From positions 3,217 to 67,216 of the forward strand of contig CAYVFG010000003.1 in NCBI GenBank assembly GCA_964450915.1: a stretch of 64,000 nt of DNA, written 5' to 3'. Source of the DNA: an uncultured Candidatus Saccharibacteria bacterium (lineage in GTDB: Bacteria > Patescibacteriota > Andersenbacteria > UBA10190). Of this stretch, positions 18,776 through 27,747 are shown piece by piece (within the stretch, counting starts at the first letter, position 1; each line of letters opens with the position of its first letter). The position numbers were made by a program, and so were the translations under genes. The notes below the pieces were generated by a model. It saw nothing but the letters and a program-made list of their open reading frames with translations. It ran no database searches and was not told where the DNA came from.

Positions 18776-19390
18776 ATGCGAATCGGTATTGATGCACATA
18801 TAATCGTGAAGAGTCATAGGCGCTACGATAAGCGCATTGCTCGCTATACGGAGCAATTAATTACTCATTTGATCGAATCCGATACGAAAAAGGAGCATAC
18901 GTGGGTGCTGTTTTTCGATAGTCGCCAGAAAACGACGAAGAAATTTGAGCGGGAAAACGTGGAAATCAAGCATTTCCCCTTCATTCAATATCGTCAGTAT
19001 TTGCCCGTTGTGTATTCTCATGCGCTCATTGCATCATATTTGACGGCTGCACGCCTTGACGTATTCCATTCCCCGGAAGGGCTTATTCCCTTTATGTACC
19101 CCGGGAAGATCATTACGACGTTTCATTATGTTCCTCGCGGAAAAGGAGAATCTGGAATTTTCTCGCAGACGTTCATGCTCGGAGCCCGCATGGCATTTGT
19201 GCAGTTATGCAGGCGCGCGCAACGAATTATCGTAAACAGCAATGCGGATAAAAAGATTTTGGCGGATACGCATAAGTATCCTGTGAAAAGCATTGTCGTG
19301 ATGGAGGAAGACGACTTGAATCAGGTTGATTGGGCAAGGCGAACACGCGAGTTGAAAAAACTATACGCCCAGGTTGGTGGAAAGAAGTAA
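18776..19390 (+). CDS. GT4-like glycosyltransferase N-terminal domain only
   Basis: MRIGIDA start, LDVFHSP, IITTFH; no C-terminal EX7E donor-binding domain. Confidence 0.65.
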   Translation: MRIGIDAHIIVKSHRRYDKRIARYTEQLITHLIESDTKKEHTWVLFFDSRQKTTKKFERENVEIKHFPFIQYRQYLPVVYSHALIASYLTAARLDVFHSPEGLIPFMYPGKIITTFHYVPRGKGESGIFSQTFMLGARMAFVQLCRRAQRIIVNSNADKKILADTHKYPVKSIVVMEEDDLNQVDWARRTRELKKLYAQVGGKK

Positions 19391-19391
19391 T

Positions 19392-22307
19392 ATGATGCGC
19401 GAAGTACCATCGCATGTGGATAGTAATTCCCTTGAGCGGGATGTTTTGACGTATTGGGATGAAGAGCAGATTTTCAAGAAGTCATTGGATCAAAACAAAG
19501 ATAAAAAGCAGTTTACGTTTTATGATGGCCCGCCGTATGCAACGGGCAAGCCTCATTATGGGCATGTATTGCAGTCCGCAATTAAAGATACGGTATTAAG
19601 GTATAAGACAATGCACGGATACTACGCTCCTCGCAGAGTAGGGTGGGATACGCACGGATTGCCGATTGAAAATATTGTTGAAAAAGAATTGGAGATAAAA
19701 ACAAAAAAAGATATCGAAAAAGATATCGAGGGTTTTAATCAAAAGTGTAAAGAAACAGTATATCGATATGTAGATATATTTAGAGATACGCTCAAGCGAA
19801 TTGGGCGATGGGCAGATTATGGAAATGAATATTCTACGCTTGATCGTAATTACATGGAGTCGGAATGGTGGGTGTTTCAACAGATCTGGAATCAGGATTT
19901 AATATATAAATCATTCCGTTCAACGCCATATTGTATTCGTTGTGCAACTCCATTGTCGAACTTTGAGGTTGGTATGGCATATAAGGATACGCGAGATATG
20001 AGTGTGTATGTTGCCCTTCGACAGGCTCAGGGCAAATCAGAAGTGAAGCTTCTGATTTGGACTACAACTCCCTGGACGCTGCCTGCCAACGTCGCCGTTG
20101 CGTATAATCCCGAGATTTCTTATGTAGTCGCAAGAAAAGATGATAAAGAATATATTCTTGCAAAAGATCGCGTTGCGCATGTTCTTGGTGATGAGGCTCA
20201 AATTGTTCGTGATATCGCTGTAGATGAACTTGCGGCGTATACATACGAGCCGTTGTTTGCATCAAATACGAGCGATGAAGATAAAAGTAAATCTTTTCGA
20301 CTAGTCGCAAGCGATCATGTGTCTGCGCAGGATGGTACCGGCTTGGTGCATATGGCGCCTGCCTTCGGAGAAGAAGATTTTAATGTGGCAAAGAAGAATG
20401 ATTTGCCCATCGTTCGAAATATAGACATGCTAGGCAATTATAATGCGGATGTTCCGATGTGGGCGGGTAGGAATTTATTTGATGCTCAGAAAGATATCAT
20501 AAAAGAGTTAGATAAAAACGGCGCGCTATTTAAGCGCGAGCTTATTACGCATAGCTATCCATTCTGCTGGAGATGCGATACGCCGCTTATTTACATGGCG
20601 CTTGATTCTTGGTTTTTGAAAGTATCTCAGATTAAAGAAAAGATGCTGGAGAATAATCAGCAGATTACTTGGATCCCGGAGCACTTAAAAGAAGGGCGAT
20701 TTGCAAAAGGTATAGAATCTGCGCCTGATTGGGCAATTTCTCGTAATAGGTTCTGGAGTGTGCCGATGCCTATTTGGGAATGCTTAGAATGCGAGGATAG
20801 AGTTTGTATTGGTAGTGTTGCGGAATTGCAGGAAAAATCGGGAGCTACGGATGAGCAAGTTCAAGACATTCATCGCCCATACGTAGACGATATTACGTGG
20901 TCGTGCGAAAAATGTTCTGGCACGATGAAGCGTATTCCGGAAGTTCTCGACGTTTGGTTCGATTCCGGAAGTATGCCGTATGCCCAGTATCATTATCCGT
21001 TCGAGAATAAGGAAATGGTTGAGGCGGGGTATCCGGCAGATTTTATCGCGGAGAGCATTGAAATGACTCGCGCGTGGTTTTACGTGTTGCACGTACTTGC
21101 AACAGGGTTAACGCAAAAAAATATTGGACTTGGCACAGATAAGCCGGCGTTTGTAAATGCAATCGGTTCCGGAATTATTTTCGCAGAAGATGGGCGCAAG
21201 CTTTCGAAGAAATTAAAAAACTATCCGGAAATTGAACCGGTGCTCGAGCAGTATGGTGCTGATGTACTTCGATTTTATCTGTTATCCAGCAGCGCACTCG
21301 GCGAACCATATAAGTTTTCCGAGAAAGACATGCGCCAGGTGCAGCGCAACGTGTATCTTACGCTTTGGAATGTGTATAGCATGTTCACTCGGTATGCAAA
21401 GGTTCACGGATTCGTTGCTGGTGCAGACGATGCGAAGTCTGCAAACTCTCTTGATCAATGGATTCTTGCTCGTACGCATCAGCTTATTCAGCATGTTACT
21501 CAACATGCAAACGCATATCGAATCGACTATGCAGCTCGAGAATTTGTTACGTATATTGATGATTTGAGCAATTGGTATGTGAGGCGTTCGAGAACACGTT
21601 TGCAGCATCCGGAAAACGACCAAGAAAAACAAGAAGTATTCGGAACGCTTTACACTGTTCTTGTTCGAGTAAGCAAAGCGCTTGCGCCATTCATGCCGTT
21701 TGTTGCGGAGGAAATGTATCGAAACTTAACAGGGGAACAGTCGGTGCATTTGGTTTCGTGGCCATATAAAATTTCTGATATGCCAAAGCCGGGGGCAGAA
21801 GATTCTTATGACACGGCGATTCTTGATAGAACAAAGCATGTTCGAGAAACGATTTCCGAAGCTCTTGCTACTCGCGCCGTTGCGAAAATCAAAGTACGCC
21901 AACCGCTTGCGCTGCTTGAATTGCCTGCATCTGCAGAAGAATTTTTCCCGGAAGATTTGGAAATGATTAAAGAAGAGGTGAACGTAAAGGAAGTAAAGAT
22001 TTCCGCCATTGATGCAATGAAATTGGATACGGAAATTACGCCATCACTAAAACAGGAAGGCATTATTCGCGATCTGATCCGGTATGTTCAAGGATTGCGC
22101 AAGCAAGCAGGATATGCCCTTGATGATAAAATTACGGTTGGACTTAAAACGGATAACCAAGAAATTCTTGATGCTGTGTCGTCGTATAAAGAAATGCTCA
22201 CAACCGCTTTGCAGGCAACGGGTATTGTTGATGTGCTAGAAAACGCTGATGCAAGTGAGGAAGTGAACTTGAGCGGTGCAACTGCAATAATTTCGGTGAA
22301 GAAATAA
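19392..22307 (+). CDS. ileS: Isoleucine--tRNA ligase (type 2)
   Basis: DGPPYATGKPHYGH, WTTTPWT, GTGLVH, KLSKK, type 2 C-terminal domain. Confidence 0.97.
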   Translation: MMREVPSHVDSNSLERDVLTYWDEEQIFKKSLDQNKDKKQFTFYDGPPYATGKPHYGHVLQSAIKDTVLRYKTMHGYYAPRRVGWDTHGLPIENIVEKELEIKTKKDIEKDIEGFNQKCKETVYRYVDIFRDTLKRIGRWADYGNEYSTLDRNYMESEWWVFQQIWNQDLIYKSFRSTPYCIRCATPLSNFEVGMAYKDTRDMSVYVALRQAQGKSEVKLLIWTTTPWTLPANVAVAYNPEISYVVARKDDKEYILAKDRVAHVLGDEAQIVRDIAVDELAAYTYEPLFASNTSDEDKSKSFRLVASDHVSAQDGTGLVHMAPAFGEEDFNVAKKNDLPIVRNIDMLGNYNADVPMWAGRNLFDAQKDIIKELDKNGALFKRELITHSYPFCWRCDTPLIYMALDSWFLKVSQIKEKMLENNQQITWIPEHLKEGRFAKGIESAPDWAISRNRFWSVPMPIWECLECEDRVCIGSVAELQEKSGATDEQVQDIHRPYVDDITWSCEKCSGTMKRIPEVLDVWFDSGSMPYAQYHYPFENKEMVEAGYPADFIAESIEMTRAWFYVLHVLATGLTQKNIGLGTDKPAFVNAIGSGIIFAEDGRKLSKKLKNYPEIEPVLEQYGADVLRFYLLSSSALGEPYKFSEKDMRQVQRNVYLTLWNVYSMFTRYAKVHGFVAGADDAKSANSLDQWILARTHQLIQHVTQHANAYRIDYAAREFVTYIDDLSNWYVRRSRTRLQHPENDQEKQEVFGTLYTVLVRVSKALAPFMPFVAEEMYRNLTGEQSVHLVSWPYKISDMPKPGAEDSYDTAILDRTKHVRETISEALATRAVAKIKVRQPLALLELPASAEEFFPEDLEMIKEEVNVKEVKISAIDAMKLDTEITPSLKQEGIIRDLIRYVQGLRKQAGYALDDKITVGLKTDNQEILDAVSSYKEMLTTALQATGIVDVLENADASEEVNLSGATAIISVKK
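20011..20035. repeat. REP-like hairpin in frame in ileS
   Basis: ttgccct-TCGACAGGCTC-agggcaa, encoding ALRQAQG. Confidence 0.55.
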
Positions 22308-22311
22308 AAAG

Positions 22312-22735
22312 AGCCCCGGTCGCACATTTCTTTTTCAAGATATGTGCGCCGAGGCGAAAAGGTCTTCATTGCATGTCACTAATAAATGATTGCGCGGTCC
22401 AGGCCTGTTTATATAGGCGTTCCTAACAGGGAGGTCAACTCGATGAGTGATTCCACTGAGGTTTCTGGAGAAGTTCAATCATTATTGCCGATCATGCGCC
22501 GAAGGGTTCTTGTCGTTGCGAGGGAGGTTGAGGGTCGCGCGTCATCGTCACGTAACCGTGGTGTCCGTGAAGAGTTATCGTGTTCCTCATAGGCTCTCCT
22601 TTCTATCGGTTGGTGAACCGTCGCAAGCCAGCTGGATCAAGAGGGATCCTCCTTGTGATGTTTTTCAACTAATCTGATCGCTGGAGCAATACAGGTTTCG
22701 TTAGCACAAACATCACTATGTAAATGTGCTAGTTA
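22312..22735 (-). ncRNA. Unit A: structured transcript with a 32-aa ORF (22492-22590)
   Basis: TTGACA(22760-65)-16-TATAGT; SD AGAAAGGAG; stem 22381-22486; terminator 22312-22356. Confidence 0.5.
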
Positions 22736-22752
22736 CTACTATATTCTTCCCG

Positions 22753-22784
22753 TTATTTTTGTCAAATTATTTTGACAAAAATAA
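22753..22784. repeat. Perfect 14-bp inverted repeat
   Basis: TTATTTTTGTCAAA-ttat-TTTGACAAAAATAA. Confidence 0.8.
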
Positions 22785-23255
22785 AACAGCCTCCGGAAGT
22801 GTTGAAACACTTCACGGAGGACTGGGCGCAGGGCTCAAAGGGTGATCAGTCTCTCGTTGATCAAGCCTTCAAGCCGGGCGCAAACCCTTCCACAGCGTCA
22901 TCTTAGCGGGCCGCAGACTAAAAGTCATTGCCATAAGTGGTCGCTTTCCACGCATTCGCGATCGTGGAAGGGGTAGACACGCTGCTAATCGCAGCGTACC
23001 TAGGGGGGCTCAAGAGGATGCATCGGGGCTTCCTTTGGTGGTAGACGAATTCGGTCCGGCTTACTTCGACACGCAACCATTGCGCATCAGTCGCCGACGC
23101 CGATCAGGCCAGGGCTGCGGTCGGGGCTTTTTTCAAACAATAGAGGGGAGAAGCGCTGCAACTGAGCCGACTGGGATCCTTCATGATGCTCCTTTCGAGC
23201 CTTGGGTTGGTGTGCTGATGGGTTGCATCCGCACGAAGAACAAAACTGACTTTAG
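22785..23255 (-). ncRNA. Unit B: GC-rich structured transcript with a 26-aa ORF (23104-23184)
   Basis: TTGACA(23281-86)-17-TACTAT; SD GAAAGGAG; many hairpins; terminator 22787-22824. Confidence 0.5.
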
Positions 23256-23329
23256 ACATAGTAGCTTTATGTTCTATTTTTGTCAAATCTATTTATACTA
23301 AAATAATAAAAAATTGCTTAATTGAGCAA

Positions 23330-23495
23330 AAATAAAACCCCTGCGGTTAATGTACTCGATTGAGTAGATTAAAAGAGGGGCGAATATGCCCGGAGCGACT
23401 AAGAGATTGCTCGCTTGGTCCCCCGGTACACGCTCTGCAAAAACGCGGGCCAACGCTGCAGAGCTAAGACTGATGGAAAGGTGCAACTAACTACC
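23330..23495 (-). ncRNA. Unit C: candidate sRNA of about 160 nt
   Basis: TTGACA(23522-27)-17-TAGGTT; hairpin gctctgca/tgcagagc; terminator 23338-23380 plus U tract; no ATG. Confidence 0.5.
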
Positions 23496-23552
23496 GCTAA
23501 CCTAGCAGAGAGTTGTTTTTTTGTCAATAGGGGTGGTATAATGATTAGTATT

Positions 23553-24176
23553 ATGCCTTCTTCTCGTACCGTTTCCGCGCTCGTATTTTCCCGAAAAAAC
23601 ATCGGGGAGGCGGACAGATTGATGACCTTTTTTACTCAAGAAGAAGGGCTTATAAAAGTTATTGCAAAGGGTGTGCGCAAAATTCCGTCTGCAAGGGGCG
23701 GGCACTTGGAGCCGTGTACGCAAGTGCTTGCAAATATTTCAGAAAGCAAAGCCGGATTATATATGGGGAACGTAGAGACTCAGGATTATTTCCATGCATT
23801 GCGAGGCGATGCTGATGCATTTGCGCGAGCGTGCAAACACATAACGGTGTTCCAGCGGTTATTTACAGAGCGCCAGGCGGTTCCGGAGTTATTCGATGCT
23901 TTAGTCGCTGGATGGCAATTATATCCATCGCTATCGCCAGAAAAAAGGATTGTGATGGATGCTGCAATTTCGTTGCAGATTATTCAGCATGCGGGAGTAA
24001 TGCCCGATATGCGATTATGGGCCGCTTCTTCCGCCAAAGATAAAACTCCTCTCGTTGTGAAATATTTGGCAGAACACCCTGATCATGCGCCGCGCATTGC
24101 GTTGTCTGAAAACGACGCTCGCGGAGTTGCTCGGGTAATGAACGACCTGCTCGCTCGAACAGTGGTATACTCATAG
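23553..24176 (+). CDS. recO: DNA repair protein RecO
   Basis: GEADRLMTFFT..G.I..IAKGVRK..S..GGHLEP OB-fold signature. Confidence 0.9.
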   Translation: MPSSRTVSALVFSRKNIGEADRLMTFFTQEEGLIKVIAKGVRKIPSARGGHLEPCTQVLANISESKAGLYMGNVETQDYFHALRGDADAFARACKHITVFQRLFTERQAVPELFDALVAGWQLYPSLSPEKRIVMDAAISLQIIQHAGVMPDMRLWAASSAKDKTPLVVKYLAEHPDHAPRIALSENDARGVARVMNDLLARTVVYS

Positions 24177-24179
24177 GAC

Positions 24180-26144
24180 ATGGCGGAAGAACCAGAAAAA
24201 GAAGTTCCAGTTCCTAAAGAAGAAGATAGCAATATTTCAATGTTGCGGAAGGATTTGTATGCTCGCGAGGAACCGGAAGAGCTAAAAAAACGGAGCAAGG
24301 AATTATTTACCCCGAAACAGCCAGTCGTCCTGCCCGAATCAAAAGTTGAAAGTCAGCCGGATTTGGTCGATGCAATGACGGGGAAAATGAAAAAAAGAAA
24401 ACAGATTCTTACCTGGGTTGGAATCGGCATTATCGGTATTATTATTTTTTCGTCTGCTATTGCGCTTACGATGTGGTATCGAGGAACTCAGCAGGTAAGT
24501 TCTTCCCAGATCGGCGTTGATATTACGGCTCCGTCGAATTTTATTGCGGGCGGAATTATGAAATACACCGTTACTGTTCGCAATAATAGCCATGTGGCAT
24601 GGGGCGCGGTGAATGTGCTGTTTACTCCATCGGCAGGATTTATTTATCAATCATCAACGCCGTCTGCTCAAGTAAGCGTTAAGGACATGACCGTAGCGCT
24701 TTCTGCTCTGCCTGCCGGACAAGCGGAAACATTCGAGGTTACGGGGCAATTACTAGGAGATCAGGGTACGACTGCGGGCGTATCTGCGCAAATTACGGTG
24801 AGCCCGGAAAAGTTCCCAAAGCAAACGATCAGCAATTCTGCAACGGCAAGCACGGTGCTCTCCGCCATCCCGCTCGATATTTCAGTTGAAGCTGCAAAGA
24901 CTGCTGCCGTAGGCGAGCGCATTGCGGCCATTATTCATATTAGAAACTTAGGAGATACGCCGATTGAAAATGCGCAATTAAAATTATCTCCCGATCCGGG
25001 GATGGACTTGGCTACAGAAGACAGCGGATTTTCTCCGGATTTTTCTGTATTGGATTCGTATTGGAATCTTCCGAAAATAAAACCTCTCGATCAAGTTGAT
25101 TTATACTCAGTGCTCTATGTGCAGGGAAATCCTGGTGATACGCGCACGCTGGGCATTGCTGTCAACAAGAGCCAAAACAATCAAACGTACACGCTGCGAA
25201 ATATTGCGCATGTGATTACGATTTCTACGTCGCAAGTTGCGGTAACGCAGACGTTTAATCAGAACGATCAGGGGACGCTTATTGTCAGTACCGGACAAAG
25301 CATTGACGGCGCAGTGAATTACAAAAATACCGGCACGACAGGGCTTACGGATGCCATTATGAAGGTGCATTTCGAAGGCCCGGGTCTCGACGTGTCTACG
25401 CTCAAGCTTCATTCAGGATCGTACGATCCGAAAACGAATACGATTACATGGACGGCGGCGTCTCTTCCGGAATTGCAGAGAATTTTGCCGGGGCAGGGCG
25501 GGCAGATTACCTATTCATTTAATATTTTGCCCTATATTCAATTTCCTCCGAGCGGTAAAAATCAGAAACTTATTGCAACGGCGTCGTTGGATAGCCCGGA
25601 TTTGCCAGCGCCTACCGGGCAGACCCGGCAGATAATTTCTGATCGATTTACGATGCCCATACAGACGGGAATTCTTCTCGCAACAGATGCGTTCTATGAT
25701 GATGGGCGATTAGGTATTCAGAGTACGGGGCCGCTTCCTCCTCAGGTAGGGCAGCAGACAACGTATACGCTCAGGACAAAAGTGGGCTCTACGCTTAATG
25801 ATGTTCAAAATAACCAAGTAACGATTATTCTTCCTGATGGGGTTACCTATACGAATCAAAGCTATAAATCATCCGGCACTATCGATTACAACCAGAGAAC
25901 TAATACAATCGTCTGGACGATCGATCCGTTGCGAGGACTAACGGGGCGATCGCTGCCGTTGGAAGAGTTAGATATGCAAGTTGCCATAACTCCAGGGGCA
26001 GATAAAAAAGGGCAAGAAGTTCAGCTTGCGCAGAGTGTCTCGGATTCAGGAAAAGATACGTTCACCGGCAATCAAGTAACGGTAAAAGTTACGGATATGC
26101 CTACAACCAGGACGGCTTCCCCTCAGAACGGGGATGTGCAATAA
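24180..26144 (+). CDS. Membrane-anchored multi-Ig-like (DUF11-like) surface protein
   Basis: Single TM then beta-rich repeats (Y.N.G..., GPLPPQVGQQTTYT). Confidence 0.7.
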   Translation: MAEEPEKEVPVPKEEDSNISMLRKDLYAREEPEELKKRSKELFTPKQPVVLPESKVESQPDLVDAMTGKMKKRKQILTWVGIGIIGIIIFSSAIALTMWYRGTQQVSSSQIGVDITAPSNFIAGGIMKYTVTVRNNSHVAWGAVNVLFTPSAGFIYQSSTPSAQVSVKDMTVALSALPAGQAETFEVTGQLLGDQGTTAGVSAQITVSPEKFPKQTISNSATASTVLSAIPLDISVEAAKTAAVGERIAAIIHIRNLGDTPIENAQLKLSPDPGMDLATEDSGFSPDFSVLDSYWNLPKIKPLDQVDLYSVLYVQGNPGDTRTLGIAVNKSQNNQTYTLRNIAHVITISTSQVAVTQTFNQNDQGTLIVSTGQSIDGAVNYKNTGTTGLTDAIMKVHFEGPGLDVSTLKLHSGSYDPKTNTITWTAASLPELQRILPGQGGQITYSFNILPYIQFPPSGKNQKLIATASLDSPDLPAPTGQTRQIISDRFTMPIQTGILLATDAFYDDGRLGIQSTGPLPPQVGQQTTYTLRTKVGSTLNDVQNNQVTIILPDGVTYTNQSYKSSGTIDYNQRTNTIVWTIDPLRGLTGRSLPLEELDMQVAITPGADKKGQEVQLAQSVSDSGKDTFTGNQVTVKVTDMPTTRTASPQNGDVQ

Positions 26145-26151
26145 TGGGCGA

Positions 26152-27285
26152 ATGTTCAAATTTGAAGTACTAAAGAAGCTCGGCCGAGCTCGACTATCCG
26201 AACTTACGACCCCGCACGGAACTATTCCCGGGCCGTTTTTTCAATTTGTAGCTACTCAAGCTGCAATCCGCGGCCAAGTGATGAGCGAGGATATGGAAAA
26301 GCTTGGCGTAGATATTATGCTGGCGAATACGTATCATCTGCATTTGCGCCCTGGGGAAGACTTGATGGAAAAGGCTGGCGGCCTGCATACCTTTATGCAA
26401 TGGGATAAGCCGATAACAACGGATTCGGGTGGATATCAGGTATTCAGCCTAGGCGATCATGTAAAAATAGATGATGACGGCGTTACGTTTAAAGCGCCGT
26501 TAGATGGGAGTGTTCATCGATTTACTCCGGAATCCACGATGCAAGTGCAAGCGAAGCTGGGGCCGGACATCGTGATGCCGCTCGATGTATGTACGCCGTT
26601 TTCTGCATCAAAAGATGAAGTTGAAAAAGCGATTATTAAAACAACAGCGTGGGTAAAGCGATGTAAAGACGAGCAGGCGCGCCTGGCTTCTCCTCAAGCG
26701 TTATATGGAATAGTTCAAGGCGGGGTGTATCCGGATCTGCGAGAAAAGGCTGCAGGACTCCTGCGAGACATCGGATTTTTTGGATACAGTATTGGCGGGG
26801 AGCTCCAGGAAAAAGGAGAAAAAGAAATTAAGAAAATTGTAAATATTACAACAGCGCAATTGCCGGAAGATGCACCGAGATACCTCATGGGCTATGGAAA
26901 GCCGGAAGATATTGTTGAGGCGGTGCGATTAGGTGTCGATCAATTTGATTGCGTGCTGCCGATCCGCAACGCGCGCCATGGGCAAATTTTCTTAGATTTA
27001 AATATCGAGGAACTTAAAAAGGCATTGGTTGATCCTGAATACAGTATCGATCCGAAAAAATTATACAAATCCATTGACATTACAAAGGCAGTCTTTGCGG
27101 ATGATTTGTCCGTATTTAATACAAACGATACCGATATAACGCGTCCGTATTCAAAAGCATATGTCCATCATTTAATGCGTGCCGAGCAGCCCTCAGGAAT
27201 GCGGCTGGCAGTTATGGCAAACGTGGCATTCTACGTGAACTTGATGAAGCAAATTCGAGGAATTATTGAGCAAGAAGGGGTATAA
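26152..27285 (+). CDS. tgt: tRNA-guanine transglycosylase
   Basis: LANTYHL, TDSGGYQVFSL, GIVQGG, PRYLMG, DQFDCVLP. Confidence 0.95.
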   Translation: MFKFEVLKKLGRARLSELTTPHGTIPGPFFQFVATQAAIRGQVMSEDMEKLGVDIMLANTYHLHLRPGEDLMEKAGGLHTFMQWDKPITTDSGGYQVFSLGDHVKIDDDGVTFKAPLDGSVHRFTPESTMQVQAKLGPDIVMPLDVCTPFSASKDEVEKAIIKTTAWVKRCKDEQARLASPQALYGIVQGGVYPDLREKAAGLLRDIGFFGYSIGGELQEKGEKEIKKIVNITTAQLPEDAPRYLMGYGKPEDIVEAVRLGVDQFDCVLPIRNARHGQIFLDLNIEELKKALVDPEYSIDPKKLYKSIDITKAVFADDLSVFNTNDTDITRPYSKAYVHHLMRAEQPSGMRLAVMANVAFYVNLMKQIRGIIEQEGV

Positions 27286-27292
27286 TAGCTTC

Positions 27293-27709
27293 ATGGGATT
27301 ATATTCAGCACTATTCGGCGGAGGCTCGAAGAAAAAAAGTCCTGAAGAGTTGCAGAAGATTGCACGCGGGCAATCCATCATAGGCAACGTGCTTGGTTCC
27401 AGCCCGTATATGGATGAATGGCGCAGGCAGAATAAGCAGAATTCCCAAAATTATGCTGAGCAAGAAAGAAGCACGCGAAAAAAATGGGGATATGAGGATG
27501 CTGAAATTAATAGAAGTTTACAAAAAGAACGTGATCGTTACTATCGAAAATACAAAGATCCGAAAGAGGCTGAAAAATGGTTTTCTCAGTATGAAGCAAA
27601 AAAGCGCCGAGAAGTCCAGAGTGAGCGCGATAGAGAGCTGCGGGCACTGAAAGAAGAAAAAAACCAGCAACAGCGCGATATTGCGAAAAACATCAAACAG
27701 TGGAGATAG
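27293..27709 (+). CDS. Highly charged helical hypothetical protein
   Basis: TATAAT 6 nt before ATG; E/K/R/Q rich. Confidence 0.7.
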   Translation: MGLYSALFGGGSKKKSPEELQKIARGQSIIGNVLGSSPYMDEWRRQNKQNSQNYAEQERSTRKKWGYEDAEINRSLQKERDRYYRKYKDPKEAEKWFSQYEAKKRREVQSERDRELRALKEEKNQQQRDIAKNIKQWR

Positions 27710-27747
27710 CCTTTGTCATCCGCACTATTCTGCTATAGTCTTATTTT

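Noticed and set aside
3866-22810. GTGTTTCAAC at two sites as a CRISPR repeat
   Set aside because: Isolated 10-mers, with no spaced array and no cas genes
22810-23070. RNase P RNA on the + strand (TAGACGAAT, CCGGCTTA)
   Set aside because: The conserved GAGGAAAGTCC and ACAGAA are absent, and promoter/terminator polarity points to the minus strand
23060-23095. Hammerhead ribozyme (CTGATG..CGAA)
   Set aside because: Core is not CUGANGA/GAAA, and the bases pair within a simple hairpin
22785-23255. tmRNA (peptide ends AALA)
   Set aside because: No tRNA-Ala-like ends or T-arm, and the ORF has its own SD-ATG
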